Positions 1-13,363 of a stretch of 64,000 nt of DNA are shown piece by piece. A program made the position numbers and the translations under genes. The notes under the pieces were generated by a model. That model was not told the DNA's origin. It was given only the letters and a program-made list of their open reading frames with translations, and searched no databases. Source of the DNA: Escherichia coli. GTDB lineage: Bacteria > Pseudomonadota > Gammaproteobacteria > Enterobacterales > Enterobacteriaceae. Numbering within the stretch: position 1 is the first letter of the stretch; each line of letters begins with the position of its first letter. The stretch lies in NCBI RefSeq assembly GCF_017348835.2, contig NZ_CP071375.1, one strand, 5' to 3'.

Positions 1-303
1 TATACTCACGCGCCAACCTTGACCAGCACCGACTGGTATGATGTTGGTATGGAAGATGCGATATCGGGCAGCGCCATAAAAGATGACGATGCATTTAGCG
101 ATTCACAGGCGGATCGCGGTCTATTCCTTAAAGGATATGCCGAAGGACAAAAGAAAACTTGCCAGACCGATTTTACTTATGCCCGAGGACTTTCCGGTAA
201 AAGCTTTCCTGCCAGCTGCAACAATGTTGAAAATACAAGCCAACTGCATGAAGTATGGCAAAAAGGGGCTGATGAAAATGCCAGCACAATACGATTAAAT
301 TAA
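1..303 (+). CDS. yfiL: 3' part of an upstream ORF running in from the window edge (frame 1 open from base 1); probably lipoprotein YfiL, which precedes yfiR in E. coli
   Basis: ORF open from position 1 to stop at 303; position upstream of yfiR; identity by synteny only. Confidence 0.45.
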   Translation, partial: YTHAPTLTSTDWYDVGMEDAISGSAIKDDDAFSDSQADRGLFLKGYAEGQKKTCQTDFTYARGLSGKSFPASCNNVENTSQLHEVWQKGADENASTIRLN

Positions 304-452
304 TTAAAACCCCACAAATAAATTAAACATAAGATTTTACTCATTATGTTTTATTTCTCACAATGATGACGATCGCATGAAAAAATGATATTTTAATGAG
401 CATTCTGAAAAAATATCGATGCATTTCGAGCGAAGATGGTGGGGATCCCTGA

Positions 453-971
453 ATGCGTTTTTCTCACCGACTGTTCTTACTTCTGATTCTCCTGCTGACG
501 GGAGCACCAATACTCGCTCAGGAGCCTTCTGACGTTGCGAAAAACGTGCGTATGATGGTTTCCGGTATTGTCAGTTACACCCGCTGGCCTGCGCTATCAG
601 GGCCACCAAAATTATGTATCTTTTCATCTTCACGTTTTAGTACCGCCCTACAAGAGAATGCCGCGACATCTTTGCCTTATCTGCCTGTCATCATTCACAC
701 TCAACAAGAGGCGATGATTTCAGGCTGCAATGGTTTTTATTTTGGCAACGAGTCACCGACATTCCAGATGGAATTAACCGAACAATATCCGTCAAAGGCG
801 TTATTATTAATTGCCGAACAAAATACCGAGTGCATTATTGGTAGCGCCTTTTGTCTGATCATCCACAATAATGACGTCAGATTTGCCGTAAACCTGGATG
901 CCTTATCGCGTAGCGGTGTAAAGGTCAACCCGGATGTCTTAATGCTCGCACGGAAGAAAAATGATGGATAA
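453..971 (+). CDS. yfiR: YfiR, periplasmic repressor of diguanylate cyclase DgcN
   Basis: 172-aa ORF with N-terminal signal peptide ([24 protein letters not shown]); overlaps start of dgcN; matches remembered YfiR length and context. Confidence 0.9.
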
Positions 972-2187
972 CGATAATTCTCTTAATAAGCGCCCCACGT
1001 TTAAAAGAGCATTACGCAACATCAGTATGACCAGCATATTTATCACTATGATGCTGATCTGGTTGCTGCTTTCCGTGACCTCGGTGCTGACCCTGAAACA
1101 GTACGCGCAAAAAAACCTGGCACTGACAGCAGCAACAATGACTTACAGTCTGGAAGCAGCTGTCGTTTTTGCCGATGGCCCTGCAGCAACTGAAACACTG
1201 GCAGCGCTGGGCCAGCAAGGGCAATTTTCAACTGCAGAAGTACGTGATAAGCAGCAAAATATTCTGGCATCCTGGCATTACACCCGTAAGGATCCAGGCG
1301 ATACTTTCAGCAATTTCATAAGCCACTGGCTCTTCCCTGCCCCCATCATTCAGCCGATTCGTCACAATGGCGAAACCATTGGCGAAGTACGCTTAACCGC
1401 TCGCGACAGTTCAATCAGCCATTTTATCTGGTTTTCGCTCGCCGTACTGACCGGTTGTATTCTGCTGGCATCAGGAATCGCAATTACCCTCACCCGCCAT
1501 TTGCACAATGGCCTGGTGGAAGCACTGAAAAATATCACCGATGTCGTACATGATGTGCGTTCCAACCGCAATTTTTCCCGACGAGTTTCGGAAGAACGTA
1601 TCGCTGAGTTTCACCGATTCGCTCTCGACTTCAACAGTCTGCTGGATGAAATGGAAGAGTGGCAGCTTCGTTTACAGGCCAAAAATGCGCAGCTTCTACG
1701 TACCGCGCTACATGACCCATTAACCGGGCTGGCTAACCGCGCAGCGTTTCGTAGCGGCATCAACACGTTGATGAACAATTCCGATGCCCGAAAAACGTCG
1801 GCGTTACTATTTCTTGATGGCGATAATTTCAAATATATCAATGATACCTGGGGTCATGCGACGGGCGATAGAGTCTTGATTGAAATCGCAAAACGGTTAG
1901 CTGAATTTGGCGGGCTGCGACATAAAGCATACCGCCTGGGCGGCGATGAATTCGCTATGGTGCTCTATGATGTACAGTCGGAATCTGAAGTGCAGCAGAT
2001 ATGCTCAGCACTGACACAAATCTTTAATCTCCCGTTTGATCTTCATAATGGCCATCAGACCACCATGACATTAAGCATTGGTTACGCGATGACCATTGAG
2101 CACGCCTCTGCGGAAAAATTACAAGAGCTTGCCGATCACAATATGTATCAGGCCAAACACCAGCGTGCCGAAAAGCTGGTGAGATAA
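961..2187 (+). CDS. dgcN: Diguanylate cyclase DgcN (YfiN), membrane GGDEF protein
   Basis: 408 aa; two TM segments, HAMP-like region, GGDEF signature (RLGGDEF) near residue 330. Confidence 0.92.
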
Positions 2188-2202
2188 CAAGGATATATCG
2201 AT

Positions 2203-2685
2203 ATGATAAAGCACCTGGTAGCACCCCTGATTTTCACCTCACTAATACTGACTGGCTGCCAGTCCCCTCAGGGAAAGTTTACTCCTGAGCAAGTCGCCGC
2301 TATGCAATCTTATGGATTTACTGAATCCGCCGGCGATTGGTCGCTGGGCTTATCAGATGCCATTCTGTTCGCAAAAAATGACTACAAATTGCTCCCGGAA
2401 AGCCAGCAACAGATCCAAACCATGGCAGCCAAATTGGCCTCGACAGGGCTAACACATGCCCGTATGGATGGACACACCGATAACTATGGTGAAGACAGTT
2501 ACAACGAAGGCTTATCATTGAAACGGGCGAATGTCGTGGCCGATGCATGGGCTATGGGTGGACAAATTCCACGCAGCAATCTCACCACACAGGGTTTAGG
2601 AAAAAAATATCCCATAGCCAGTAACAAGACCGCCCAGGGCCGCGCCGAGAACCGCCGCGTCGCAGTGGTGATTACTACCCCTTAA
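2203..2685 (+). CDS. yfiB: YfiB, OmpA-family outer-membrane lipoprotein
   Basis: 160 aa; lipobox LTGC; OmpA-like C-terminus (NRRVAVVI); third gene of yfiRNB. Confidence 0.9.
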   Translation: MIKHLVAPLIFTSLILTGCQSPQGKFTPEQVAAMQSYGFTESAGDWSLGLSDAILFAKNDYKLLPESQQQIQTMAAKLASTGLTHARMDGHTDNYGEDSYNEGLSLKRANVVADAWAMGGQIPRSNLTTQGLGKKYPIASNKTAQGRAENRRVAVVITTP

Positions 2686-2700
2686 AACACGAGCAAACAG

Positions 2701-2732
2701 ATAAAAAAAAGGGCCAGCCAATTGGCCAGCCC
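2701..2732 (-). terminator. Intrinsic terminator of the rpsP-rimM-trmD-rplS operon
   Basis: On minus strand GGGCUGGCC-AAUU-GGCUGGCCC stem (with G-U pairs) followed by U8 run, just downstream of rplS stop. Confidence 0.6.
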
Positions 2733-2762
2733 TTCTTAACAGGATGTCGCTTAAGCGAAATC

Positions 2763-3113
<351 letters not shown>

Positions 3114-3151
3114 TTAATCTCTTATCCTGGGTAAACTGATATCTCGGGGGC

Positions 3152-3919
3152 TTACGCCATCCCATCATGTTTATGTTGCTGTTGTGCGTGTTCCGTTTTG
3201 AACTCCGCCAGCAACCTTGCTTGCTCTTCAGTCAGAGCCAGGTTTTCCAGAAGTTCAGGTCTTCTAAGCCAGGTACGGCCCAGCGACTGTTTCAAACGCC
3301 AGCGACGTATCTCGGCATGGTTGCCCGACAGTAACACTGGCGGAACTTCCATCCCTTCTAACACCTCAGGCCGCGTATAGTGCGGGCAATCCAGCAATCC
3401 TTCAGCAAAGGAATCTTCCGTTGCCGAGGCTTCATGTCCCAGTACTCCCGGAATAAACCGGGAAACGGAGTCAATCAGCGTCATTGCTGGTAACTCACCA
3501 CCACTGAGAACGTAATCGCCGATTGACCATTCTTCGTCAATTTCGGTTTGGATCACGCGCTCATCTATACCTTCGTAGCGACCGCACACCAGAATCAATT
3601 TTTGATTCGTTGCCAGTTCGCTGACGCCCGCTTGATCAAGCTTGCGTCCCTGTGGTGAAAGATAAATCACCTTTGCGCCTTCACCCGCCGCGGCTTTTGC
3701 TGCATGAATGGCGTCCCGCAAGGGTTGCACCATCATTAACATCCCCGGTCCGCCGCCGTAAGGACGATCGTCCACGGTACGGTGCCGGTCATGCGTGAAA
3801 TCGCGAGGACTCCAGCTCTGGATGCTCAGCAGGCCATTTTTAACTGCCCGGCCAGTTACCCCGTAATCGGTAATTGCGCGGAACATTTCAGGAAACAGGC
3901 TAATTATGCCAATCCACAT
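3152..3919 (-). CDS. trmD: tRNA (guanine37-N1)-methyltransferase
   Basis: 255 aa, [13 protein letters not shown]... classic TrmD N-terminus; operon context. Confidence 0.97.
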
Positions 3920-3949
3920 AGCGCCGTCTTTTACCGTTTATCCGGTGGT

Positions 3950-4498
3950 TTAAAAACCAGGATCCCAATCTACTTCGATTGAACGAGTAGTGAGATCGAC
4001 TTTCTTGATAACCTGCCCATCGAGGAACGGTACGAGACGTTCCTTGATACCAAACGCATCTTTCAGGTTTGCCTTAATGACGAGAACGTCATTGGATCCG
4101 GTTTCCATCATATCGACGACTTTACCGAGATCGTAGCCTTCAGTGGTTACTACCTGGCAGCCCATCAGGTCTTTCCAGTAGTAGTCACCCTCTTCAAGCT
4201 GAGGCAGCTGCGATGAATCCACGACAATTTCACAATTTGTCAGCAGGTTCGCCGCATCACGATCGTCAACGCCTTTCAGCTTGATGATCATGTCCTGATT
4301 GTGGTGCTTCCAGCTTTCCAGCTGGACTTGCTGCCACTGACCCGCCTTCTGGATAAACCAGGGCTGATAGTCAAAAATGCTTTCGGCGTCTTCGGTGGAA
4401 GAAAACACTCTGAGCCACCCACGAATACCGTAAGACGAACCCATTTTTCCCAAAACGATGGGATCAACAGGTGCTTGCGCGGTGAGTTGTTTGCTCAT
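3950..4498 (-). CDS. rimM: Ribosome maturation factor RimM
   Basis: ORF 3950-4507; start chosen at [10 protein letters not shown] (182 aa) by recalled RimM N-terminus. Confidence 0.93.
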
Positions 4499-4516
4499 CA
4501 TGACCACCGTGACAGA

Positions 4517-4843
<327 letters not shown>

Positions 4844-4901
4844 TTACTGATTTCTGGAGAAAATGCAATCAGCAGTTAATAACTCTGTCGCATAAGGTCA
4901 T

Positions 4902-6263
4902 TTAGCGACCAGGAAATCCCGGCGGCATCATCCCCTTCATGCTTCTCATCATCTTCGCCATTCCGCCTTTCTTCATTTTCTTCATCATGCGCTGCATGTC
5001 GTCGAACTGCTTCAGAAGGCGGTTAACGTCCTGCACCTGCATACCGCAACCGGCAGCAATACGGCGTTTACGCGAACCTTTGATGATTTCTGGCTTAGCG
5101 CGCTCTTTCATCGTCATTGAGTTGATGATGGCTTCCATACGCACCAGCACTTTATCGTCCATCTGCGACTTGACGTTATCCGGGATCTGCCCCATGCCCG
5201 GCAGTTTGCCCATCAAGCTGGCCATGCCGCCCATATTTTTCATCTGGCGCAGCTGCTCAAGAAAGTCGTTGAGATCGAAGCCGTCACCTTTTTTCAGCTT
5301 GCTGGCTAATTTCTCTGCCTGCGCGCGGTCAACTTTGCTTTCGATATCTTCGATCAGCGACAGTACGTCGCCCATGCCGAGAATACGCGACGCGATGCGG
5401 TCCGGATGGAACGGCTCCAGCGCCTCAGTTTTCTCGCCAACACCGAGGAACTTGATCGGTTTGCCAGTGATGTGACGAATAGAGAGCGCCGCACCGCCGC
5501 GGGCATCGCCGTCCACTTTGGTCAACACTACGCCGGTAAGCGGTAACGCTTCATTGAATGCTTTTGCCGTATTGGCCGCATCCTGACCGGTCATGGCGTC
5601 AACCACAAACAGGGTTTCAACCGGGTTAATCGACGCATGGACTTGTTTGATCTCGTCCATCATCGCTTCGTCAACGTGCAGACGACCAGCGGTATCCACC
5701 AGCAGCACGTCGTAGAATTTCAGTTTGGCTTCTTTCAGCGCCGCGTTAACGATATCTACCGGCTTCTGACCAACATCAGAAGGGAAGAAATCAACGCCCA
5801 CCTGCTCTGCCAGCGTCTCAAGCTGTTTGATTGCCGCCGGGCGATAGACGTCGGCAGAAACCACCAACACTTTCTTCTTGTGCTTCTCGCGCAGGAACTT
5901 ACCGAGTTTACCAACGCTGGTTGTTTTACCGGCACCTTGCAGGCCCGCCATCAGCACGACCGCTGGCGGTTGCGCAGCCAGGTTCAGGGTCTGGTTCTCT
6001 TCGCCCATCGCCGCAACCAGTTCGTTACGGACGATTTTGACGAACTCCTGCCCCGGCGTCAGGCTCTTATTAACTTCATGACCAACCGCTTTCTCTTTTA
6101 CGCGATTGATAAACTCACGCACTACCGGCAGAGCAACGTCCGCCTCCAGCAGCGCCATGCGCACTTCGCGCAGCGTATCTTTTACGTTGTCTTCAGTGAG
6201 GCGTCCACGGCCACTGATATTGCGCAGCGTGCGCGACAAACGATCGGTTAAATTATCAAACAT
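4902..6263 (-). CDS. ffh: Signal recognition particle protein Ffh
   Basis: 453 aa; GTPase motifs (GLQGAGKTT, DTAGR), Met-rich C-terminal M-domain. Confidence 0.97.
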   Translation of the reverse strand: MFDNLTDRLSRTLRNISGRGRLTEDNVKDTLREVRMALLEADVALPVVREFINRVKEKAVGHEVNKSLTPGQEFVKIVRNELVAAMGEENQTLNLAAQPPAVVLMAGLQGAGKTTSVGKLGKFLREKHKKKVLVVSADVYRPAAIKQLETLAEQVGVDFFPSDVGQKPVDIVNAALKEAKLKFYDVLLVDTAGRLHVDEAMMDEIKQVHASINPVETLFVVDAMTGQDAANTAKAFNEALPLTGVVLTKVDGDARGGAALSIRHITGKPIKFLGVGEKTEALEPFHPDRIASRILGMGDVLSLIEDIESKVDRAQAEKLASKLKKGDGFDLNDFLEQLRQMKNMGGMASLMGKLPGMGQIPDNVKSQMDDKVLVRMEAIINSMTMKERAKPEIIKGSRKRRIAAGCGMQVQDVNRLLKQFDDMQRMMKKMKKGGMAKMMRSMKGMMPPGFPGR

Positions 6264-6429
6264 TGTCTCTCGCCTGGGGTGGAAACGGTTGGCCGCAATC
6301 GCGACACATCATCAGTATTTTGCCGCAGTATAACATGAAGGCGTCTTTGTTGTTATGCAACGGTTGGAGCAGCGTTCACCTGACGCTATACTGCTTCTCT
6401 TTCTTATTGCTCAAACTGTCGACATCACT

Positions 6430-7221
6430 ATGCCCGTTTTTGCTCTGCTCGCGCTTGTCGCCTACTCCGTCAGTCTTGCGCTGATTGTTCCCGGTCTGCT
6501 GCAAAAAAACGGCGGCTGGCGGCGCATGGCTATTATTTCTGCGGTCATTGCGCTGGTCTGCCACGCAATCGCTCTGGAAGCCCGCATCCTGCCCGACGGT
6601 GATAGCGGACAAAACCTCAGCCTGCTGAACGTTGGTTCATTGGTCAGTTTGATGATCTGTACGGTAATGACCATTGTGGCTTCTCGCAATCGTGGCTGGT
6701 TGCTGCTACCCATTGTCTATGCCTTTGCGCTTATCAACCTGGCGCTGGCGACCTTCATGCCCAATGAATACATCACCAATCTGGAAGCTACGCCTGGGAT
6801 GCTGGTGCACATTGGCTTATCGCTCTTTTCCTATGCCACGCTAATTATCGCCGCCCTGTACGCGCTGCAACTGGCGTGGATTGATTACCAACTGAAGAAC
6901 AAGAAGCTGGCGTTTAACCAGGAAATGCCGCCATTGATGAGTATCGAGCGTAAAATGTTCCACATCACGCAGATTGGCGTGGTGCTGCTAACGCTCACGC
7001 TTTGCACTGGCCTGTTCTACATGCACAACTTATTTAGCATGGAAAATATCGACAAGGCTGTGCTCTCTATCGTGGCGTGGTTTGTCTATATTGTGCTGCT
7101 GTGGGGACATTATCATGAAGGATGGCGTGGACGCCGCGTCGTCTGGTTTAACGTTGCGGGTGCAGTCATTCTGACACTGGCCTACTTCGGCAGCCGAATT
7201 GTCCAGCAGTTAATCAGCTAA
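6430..7221 (+). CDS. ypjD: Inner membrane protein YpjD (CcmC/CcsA-like)
   Basis: Start at MPVFALLALVAYSV within ORF 6355-7221 gives 263 aa; polytopic membrane protein, divergent from ffh. Confidence 0.85.
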   Translation: MPVFALLALVAYSVSLALIVPGLLQKNGGWRRMAIISAVIALVCHAIALEARILPDGDSGQNLSLLNVGSLVSLMICTVMTIVASRNRGWLLLPIVYAFALINLALATFMPNEYITNLEATPGMLVHIGLSLFSYATLIIAALYALQLAWIDYQLKNKKLAFNQEMPPLMSIERKMFHITQIGVVLLTLTLCTGLFYMHNLFSMENIDKAVLSIVAWFVYIVLLWGHYHEGWRGRRVVWFNVAGAVILTLAYFGSRIVQQLIS

Positions 7222-7265
7222 ACCCAGAAAAGGAGTTTCCCCTGGAACACATTTCTACTACTACG

Positions 7266-8528
7266 TTGATCATTATTCTGATCATCATGGTGGTCATTTC
7301 AGCCTATTTTTCCGGGTCCGAAACCGGAATGATGACCCTCAACCGCTATCGTCTGCGACATATGGCGAAACAGGGTAATCGCTCGGCCAAACGCGTCGAA
7401 AAACTGCTGCGTAAGCCAGACCGCCTGATAAGCCTGGTGTTAATCGGCAATAACCTGGTCAATATTCTTGCCTCCGCGCTCGGCACTATTGTTGGGATGC
7501 GTTTGTACGGCGATGCGGGCGTGGCAATTGCGACTGGTGTGCTGACTTTTGTCGTACTGGTTTTTGCTGAGGTATTGCCGAAAACCATTGCTGCGCTGTA
7601 CCCGGAAAAAGTCGCTTATCCGAGTAGTTTTCTGCTGGCTCCGCTGCAAATTTTGATGATGCCGCTGGTCTGGTTGCTGAATGCTATCACCCGTATGCTG
7701 ATGCGCATGATGGGTATCAAAACCGATATCGTGGTTAGCGGCTCTTTGAGCAAAGAAGAGTTGCGCACTATCGTGCACGAATCGCGCTCACAAATTTCCC
7801 GTCGCAATCAGGATATGCTGCTGTCGGTGCTCGATCTGGAAAAAATGACCGTTGATGACATCATGGTGCCGCGCAGTGAAATTATCGGTATTGATATCAA
7901 CGATGACTGGAAATCGATTCTGCGCCAACTCTCCCACTCACCTCACGGGCGCATCGTGCTCTACCGTGATTCGCTGGACGACGCCATCAGTATGCTGCGA
8001 GTACGTGAAGCCTGGCGGTTGATGTCGGAGAAAAAAGAGTTCACCAAAGAAACCATGCTGCGCGCCGCGGACGAGATCTATTTTGTGCCGGAAGGTACGC
8101 CGCTCAGCACGCAGTTGGTAAAGTTTCAGCGCAACAAAAAGAAAGTCGGCCTGGTCGTCAACGAGTATGGAGACATTCAGGGGCTGGTGACGGTTGAAGA
8201 TATTCTGGAAGAGATTGTCGGCGATTTCACTACGTCGATGTCGCCAACACTTGCCGAAGAAGTCACGCCGCAAAACGACGGTTCGGTGATTATTGATGGC
8301 ACTGCCAACGTGCGGGAAATCAACAAAGCCTTTAACTGGCATCTACCGGAAGATGATGCCCGCACGGTTAATGGCGTCATTCTTGAGGCACTGGAAGAGA
8401 TCCCTGTCGCAGGCACCCGCGTGCGTATTGGCGAGTACGATATCGATATTCTCGACGTACAGGACAATATGATTAAGCAGGTAAAAGTTTTTCCTGTGAA
8501 ACCGCTGCGCGAGAGTGTGGCGGAGTAA
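7266..8528 (+). CDS. yfjD: CorC/HlyC-family membrane protein with DUF21, CBS and transporter-associated domains (YfjD/CorB)
   Basis: 420-aa ORF, N-terminal TM region, CBS-pair region, C-terminal CorC_HlyC-like domain; synteny. Confidence 0.85.
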   Translation: MIIILIIMVVISAYFSGSETGMMTLNRYRLRHMAKQGNRSAKRVEKLLRKPDRLISLVLIGNNLVNILASALGTIVGMRLYGDAGVAIATGVLTFVVLVFAEVLPKTIAALYPEKVAYPSSFLLAPLQILMMPLVWLLNAITRMLMRMMGIKTDIVVSGSLSKEELRTIVHESRSQISRRNQDMLLSVLDLEKMTVDDIMVPRSEIIGIDINDDWKSILRQLSHSPHGRIVLYRDSLDDAISMLRVREAWRLMSEKKEFTKETMLRAADEIYFVPEGTPLSTQLVKFQRNKKKVGLVVNEYGDIQGLVTVEDILEEIVGDFTTSMSPTLAEEVTPQNDGSVIIDGTANVREINKAFNWHLPEDDARTVNGVILEALEEIPVAGTRVRIGEYDIDILDVQDNMIKQVKVFPVKPLRESVAE

Positions 8529-8582
8529 CGAAAACGGCCCGGCATTCGCATGCAGGGCCGTGAATTATTACGAAAGCAGAAA

Positions 8583-9209
<627 letters not shown>

Positions 9210-9298
9210 CTAACTTCGCTTATTATGGGGATCAGTTTCAGGGTTTCAAGGGAAGCACTCACATTGTCATCAATCTTCGCAACAAGGACCTCGGAAAA

Positions 9299-10177
9299 AT
9301 GAATAATCATTTCAAGTGTATTGGCATTGTGGGACACCCACGGCACCCTACTGCACTGACAACACATGAAATGCTCTACCGCTGGCTCTGCACAAAAGGT
9401 TACGAGGTCATCGTTGAGCAACAAATCGCTCACGAATTGCAACTGAAGAATGTGAAAACTGGCACGCTCGCGGAGATTGGGCAACTGGCTGATCTCGCGG
9501 TAGTCGTTGGTGGCGACGGTAATATGCTGGGCGCGGCGCGCACGCTCGCCCGCTACGATATTAAAGTTATTGGAATCAACCGTGGCAACCTGGGTTTCCT
9601 GACTGACCTGGATCCCGATAACGCCCAGCAACAGTTAGCCGATGTGCTGGAAGGCCACTACATCAGCGAAAAACGTTTTTTGCTGGAAGCGCAAGTCTGC
9701 CAGCAAGATTGCCAGAAACGCATCAGCACGGCGATTAACGAAGTGGTACTTCACCCTGGCAAAGTGGCGCATATGATTGAGTTCGAAGTGTATATCGACG
9801 AGATATTTGCGTTTTCTCAGCGTTCCGATGGCCTGATTATTTCGACACCTACAGGCTCCACTGCCTATTCTCTCTCGGCAGGCGGTCCAATTCTGACGCC
9901 TTCTCTGGATGCAATTACCCTCGTGCCCATGTTCCCGCATACGTTGTCAGCACGACCGCTGGTGATAAACAGCAGCAGCACGATCCGTCTGCGTTTTTCG
10001 CATCGCCGTAATGACCTGGAAATCAGTTGCGACAGCCAGATAGCCCTGCCAATTCAGGAAGGTGAAGATGTCTTGATTCGTCGCTGTGATTACCATCTGA
10101 ATCTGATTCACCCGAAAGACTATAGCTATTTCAACACATTAAGCACAAAGCTCGGCTGGTCAAAAAAATTATTCTAA
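9299..10177 (+). CDS. nadK: NAD kinase
   Basis: 292 aa, [11 protein letters not shown] and NRGNLGFL motifs. Confidence 0.95.
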
Positions 10178-10194
10178 TTTTGCGCCAGCCTCTT

Positions 10195-10236
10195 TACTGT
10201 ATATAAAACCAGTTTATACTGTACACAATAACAGTA
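10195..10236 (+). promoter_or_regulatory. Tandem LexA (SOS) boxes in the recN promoter
   Basis: TACTGTATATAAAACCAGTT and TACTGTACACAATAACAGTA (CTGT-N8-ACAG consensus) 30-70 bp upstream of recN ATG. Confidence 0.7.
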
Positions 10237-10262
10237 ATGGTTTTTCATACAGGAAAACGACT

Positions 10263-11924
10263 ATGTTGGCACAACTGACCATCAGCAACTTTGCTATCGT
10301 TCGTGAGCTTGAGATTGATTTTCACAGCGGCATGACCGTAATAACCGGTGAAACCGGCGCGGGTAAATCTATTGCGATAGATGCTCTCGGCCTTTGTCTC
10401 GGTGGTCGAGCTGAAGCCGACATGGTGCGTACTGGCGCTGCTCGCGCTGACCTGTGCGCCCGTTTTTCACTGAAAGATACGCCAGCGGCTCTGCGCTGGC
10501 TGGAAGAAAACCAACTGGAAGATGGCCGTGAATGCCTGCTTCGTCGTGTAATCAGTAGCGATGGTCGCTCCCGTGGTTTTATCAACGGTACAGCTGTTCC
10601 TCTGTCACAACTGCGCGAACTGGGTCAGTTGCTGATTCAGATCCATGGTCAGCACGCTCATCAGTTACTCACCAAACCCGAGCACCAAAAATTCCTGCTT
10701 GATGGCTATGCCAATGAAACCTCTCTGCTTCAGGAAATGACCGCACGTTATCAGTTGTGGCATCAAAGCTGCCGCGATCTCGCGCATCATCAACAGTTAA
10801 GTCAGGAACGCGCCGCCCGTGCGGAACTGCTGCAATACCAATTAAAAGAACTTAACGAATTTAATCCGCAGCCCGGAGAGTTTGAGCAAATCGACGAAGA
10901 GTACAAACGTCTGGCGAACAGCGGTCAATTGCTGACCACCAGCCAGAATGCATTGGCATTAATGGCCGACGGTGAAGACGCAAACCTGCAAAGTCAGCTT
11001 TACACAGCTAAACAACTGGTGAGCGAATTGATTGGCATGGACAGCAAACTGTCCGGCGTACTTGATATGCTGGAAGAAGCTACCATCCAGATTGCTGAAG
11101 CCAGCGACGAACTGCGCCACTACTGCGATCGTCTGGATCTCGATCCCAACCGACTGTTTGAACTTGAACAGCGCATCTCAAAACAGATTTCGCTGGCACG
11201 TAAACATCACGTCAGCCCTGAGGCATTACCACAGTATTACCAGTCGCTACTGGAAGAACAGCAGCAACTGGACGATCAGGCCGACTCACAAGAAACGCTC
11301 GCGCTGGCGGTAACGAAACATCATCAGCAGGCACTGGAAACGGCGCGCGCATTACACCAGCAACGCCAGCATTATGCAGAAGAACTTGCACAGCTGATCA
11401 CCGACAGTATGCATGCGCTCTCAATGCCGCATGGGCAGTTTACGATTGATGTCAAATTTGACGAGCATCACCTGGGCGCTGACGGCGCCGATCGTATTGA
11501 GTTTCGGGTAACCACCAACCCAGGTCAGCCAATGCAGCCTATTGCCAAAGTCGCATCCGGTGGTGAATTGTCCCGCATCGCATTGGCAATTCAGGTCATC
11601 ACGGCGCGTAAAATGGAAACCCCGGCACTGATTTTTGATGAAGTGGATGTAGGGATTAGCGGTCCAACAGCGGCAGTTGTCGGCAAACTGCTGCGTCAAC
11701 TCGGCGAATCAACTCAGGTGATGTGTGTTACCCACCTGCCACAAGTCGCGGGATGTGGTCATCAACACTATTTTGTCAGCAAAGAAACCGATGGTGCGAT
11801 GACAGAAACGCATATGCAATCTCTGGATAAAAAAGCGCGGTTACAAGAGCTGGCGCGCCTGCTTGGTGGCAGTGAAGTCACACGTAACACACTGGCGAAT
11901 GCGAAAGAACTGCTTGCGGCGTAA
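10263..11924 (+). CDS. recN: DNA repair protein RecN (SMC-like ATPase)
   Basis: 553 aa; Walker A GETGAGKS, long coiled-coil, Walker B at C-terminus. Confidence 0.97.
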   Translation: MLAQLTISNFAIVRELEIDFHSGMTVITGETGAGKSIAIDALGLCLGGRAEADMVRTGAARADLCARFSLKDTPAALRWLEENQLEDGRECLLRRVISSDGRSRGFINGTAVPLSQLRELGQLLIQIHGQHAHQLLTKPEHQKFLLDGYANETSLLQEMTARYQLWHQSCRDLAHHQQLSQERAARAELLQYQLKELNEFNPQPGEFEQIDEEYKRLANSGQLLTTSQNALALMADGEDANLQSQLYTAKQLVSELIGMDSKLSGVLDMLEEATIQIAEASDELRHYCDRLDLDPNRLFELEQRISKQISLARKHHVSPEALPQYYQSLLEEQQQLDDQADSQETLALAVTKHHQQALETARALHQQRQHYAEELAQLITDSMHALSMPHGQFTIDVKFDEHHLGADGADRIEFRVTTNPGQPMQPIAKVASGGELSRIALAIQVITARKMETPALIFDEVDVGISGPTAAVVGKLLRQLGESTQVMCVTHLPQVAGCGHQHYFVSKETDGAMTETHMQSLDKKARLQELARLLGGSEVTRNTLANAKELLAA

Positions 11925-12072
11925 ACTTTTTTCCTGCTTCACGGTCAGAGTAAACAGCAAAACGCCGTAAGACCGGAAAGCAAAAGGTTTTAAAGTGATG
12001 AAAGGTCTATTATCATCGGCATATTACAGATGAGCCACGTACTGCTCGGGCCCGAAAAGGAATCAAATCACT

Positions 12073-12414
12073 ATGCGCTGTAAAACGCTGACTGCTGCAG
12101 CAGCAGTACTATTGATGTTGACCGCAGGCTGTTCCACTCTGGAGCGAGTGGTTTACCGTCCTGACATCAACCAGGGGAACTATCTGACCGCTAACGACGT
12201 ATCCAAAATACGTGTTGGCATGACGCAACAACAAGTTGCGTACGCATTGGGTACACCGCTGATGTCCGATCCATTTGGTACGAATACCTGGTTCTATGTC
12301 TTCCGCCAGCAACCAGGTCATGAAGGTGTAACGCAGCAAACGCTGACGCTAACCTTTAACAGTAGCGGTGTGTTGACCAATATTGATAACAAACCTGCGC
12401 TGAGTGGTAACTAA
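12073..12414 (+). CDS. bamE: Outer membrane protein assembly factor BamE (SmpA)
   Basis: 113 aa, lipobox LTAGCS, matches BamE. Confidence 0.93.
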
Positions 12415-12440
12415 TAATAAAGTTGCTCTCAAAGACGTTA

Positions 12441-12468
12441 AAAAAGGTGCTCAATGAGCACCTTTTTT
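12441..12468. terminator. Bidirectional intrinsic terminator between convergent bamE and ratB
   Basis: AAAAA-GGTGCTC-AAT-GAGCACC-TTTTTT: 7-bp stem flanked by A-run and T-run. Confidence 0.65.
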
Positions 12469-12475
12469 CTGTCCG

Positions 12476-12766
12476 TTATTTATTCGCTGATTTTTCTGCT
12501 CGTTGCCTGCGAAGCTCTTTCGGATCGGCAATGAGAGGGCGATAAATCTCCACCCGATCGCCATCATGCACACTATCGCTTAGTTTTGCCGGACGGCTGT
12601 AAATGCCGACTTTGTTTTTAGTTAAATCGATATCGGTACGCAATTCCAGCAAGCCACTGGCGCGAATAGCTTCTTCAACCGTCGCGCCCTCCTGCAGCGT
12701 CACGCGCTGCAGGTACTGCTTCTCAGGTAGCGCATAAGCCACCTCAACGGCAATTTTACCTGGCAC
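12476..12766 (-). CDS. ratB: RnfH-family ubiquitin-like small protein RatB (YfjF)
   Basis: Start at [19 protein letters not shown] (96 aa) within the 124-aa ORF; overlaps ratA stop region. Confidence 0.82.
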
Positions 12767-13232
12767 TGTAAACCTCTTTCGCACGAACCGTAAAAGCCTG
12801 GACCATATTAGACGCCAGCTCTTTAAACACGCGACCAAAGGCGAGCTCAATCAACTTATTGGTAAACTCAAAGTCGAGATGAAACTCGATACGACACGCC
12901 TCCTGGCTCAGCGGCGTAAACTTCCATCCACCAATCAATTTCTTGAACGGCCCATCCACCAGATTCATAAGAATACTTTGGTTACTGGTCAACTGGTTGC
13001 GGGTAGTAAACGTTTTGCTGATCCCAGCCTTAGAGACATCTACCGCCGCAGTCATCTGCCCAGGAGTAGACTCCAGAATCCGACTTCCGGTACAACCCGG
13101 CAAAAACTGAGGATAAGACTGAACGTCATTCACTAACTGATACATTTGCTCCGCGCTGTAGGGTACCAGTGCGGTCCGGCTAATCTGAGGCATAACAATT
13201 TCCATCAACAAAAATCCAACAAATAATATCAT
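12756..13232 (-). CDS. ratA: Ribosome association toxin RatA (YfjG), SRPBCC/polyketide-cyclase-like fold
   Basis: 158-aa ORF; conserved smpB-adjacent gene; the true start may be the internal MPQISRT. Confidence 0.85.
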   Translation of the reverse strand: MILFVGFLLMEIVMPQISRTALVPYSAEQMYQLVNDVQSYPQFLPGCTGSRILESTPGQMTAAVDVSKAGISKTFTTRNQLTSNQSILMNLVDGPFKKLIGGWKFTPLSQEACRIEFHLDFEFTNKLIELAFGRVFKELASNMVQAFTVRAKEVYSAR

Positions 13233-13363
13233 TTATCCTGCTGTAAAAAAAACGCTATCCCGGCGCTGGGTAACATCGGGTTCATGCTAAGATAGAGCCT
13301 TGTCCCCCGCAGGATTGATATGGGGTGTTTTCGATTTCAGATTACCGATGATTCACGACGCTT

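Noticed and set aside
5637-6251. 204-aa plus-strand ORF inside ffh
   Set aside because: Antisense to ffh; no independent support.
12476-13232. ratA-ratB as a candidate novel toxin-antitoxin pair
   Set aside because: An overlapping two-gene cassette, but it corresponds to the known conserved yfjG-yfjF pair next to smpB; not novel.
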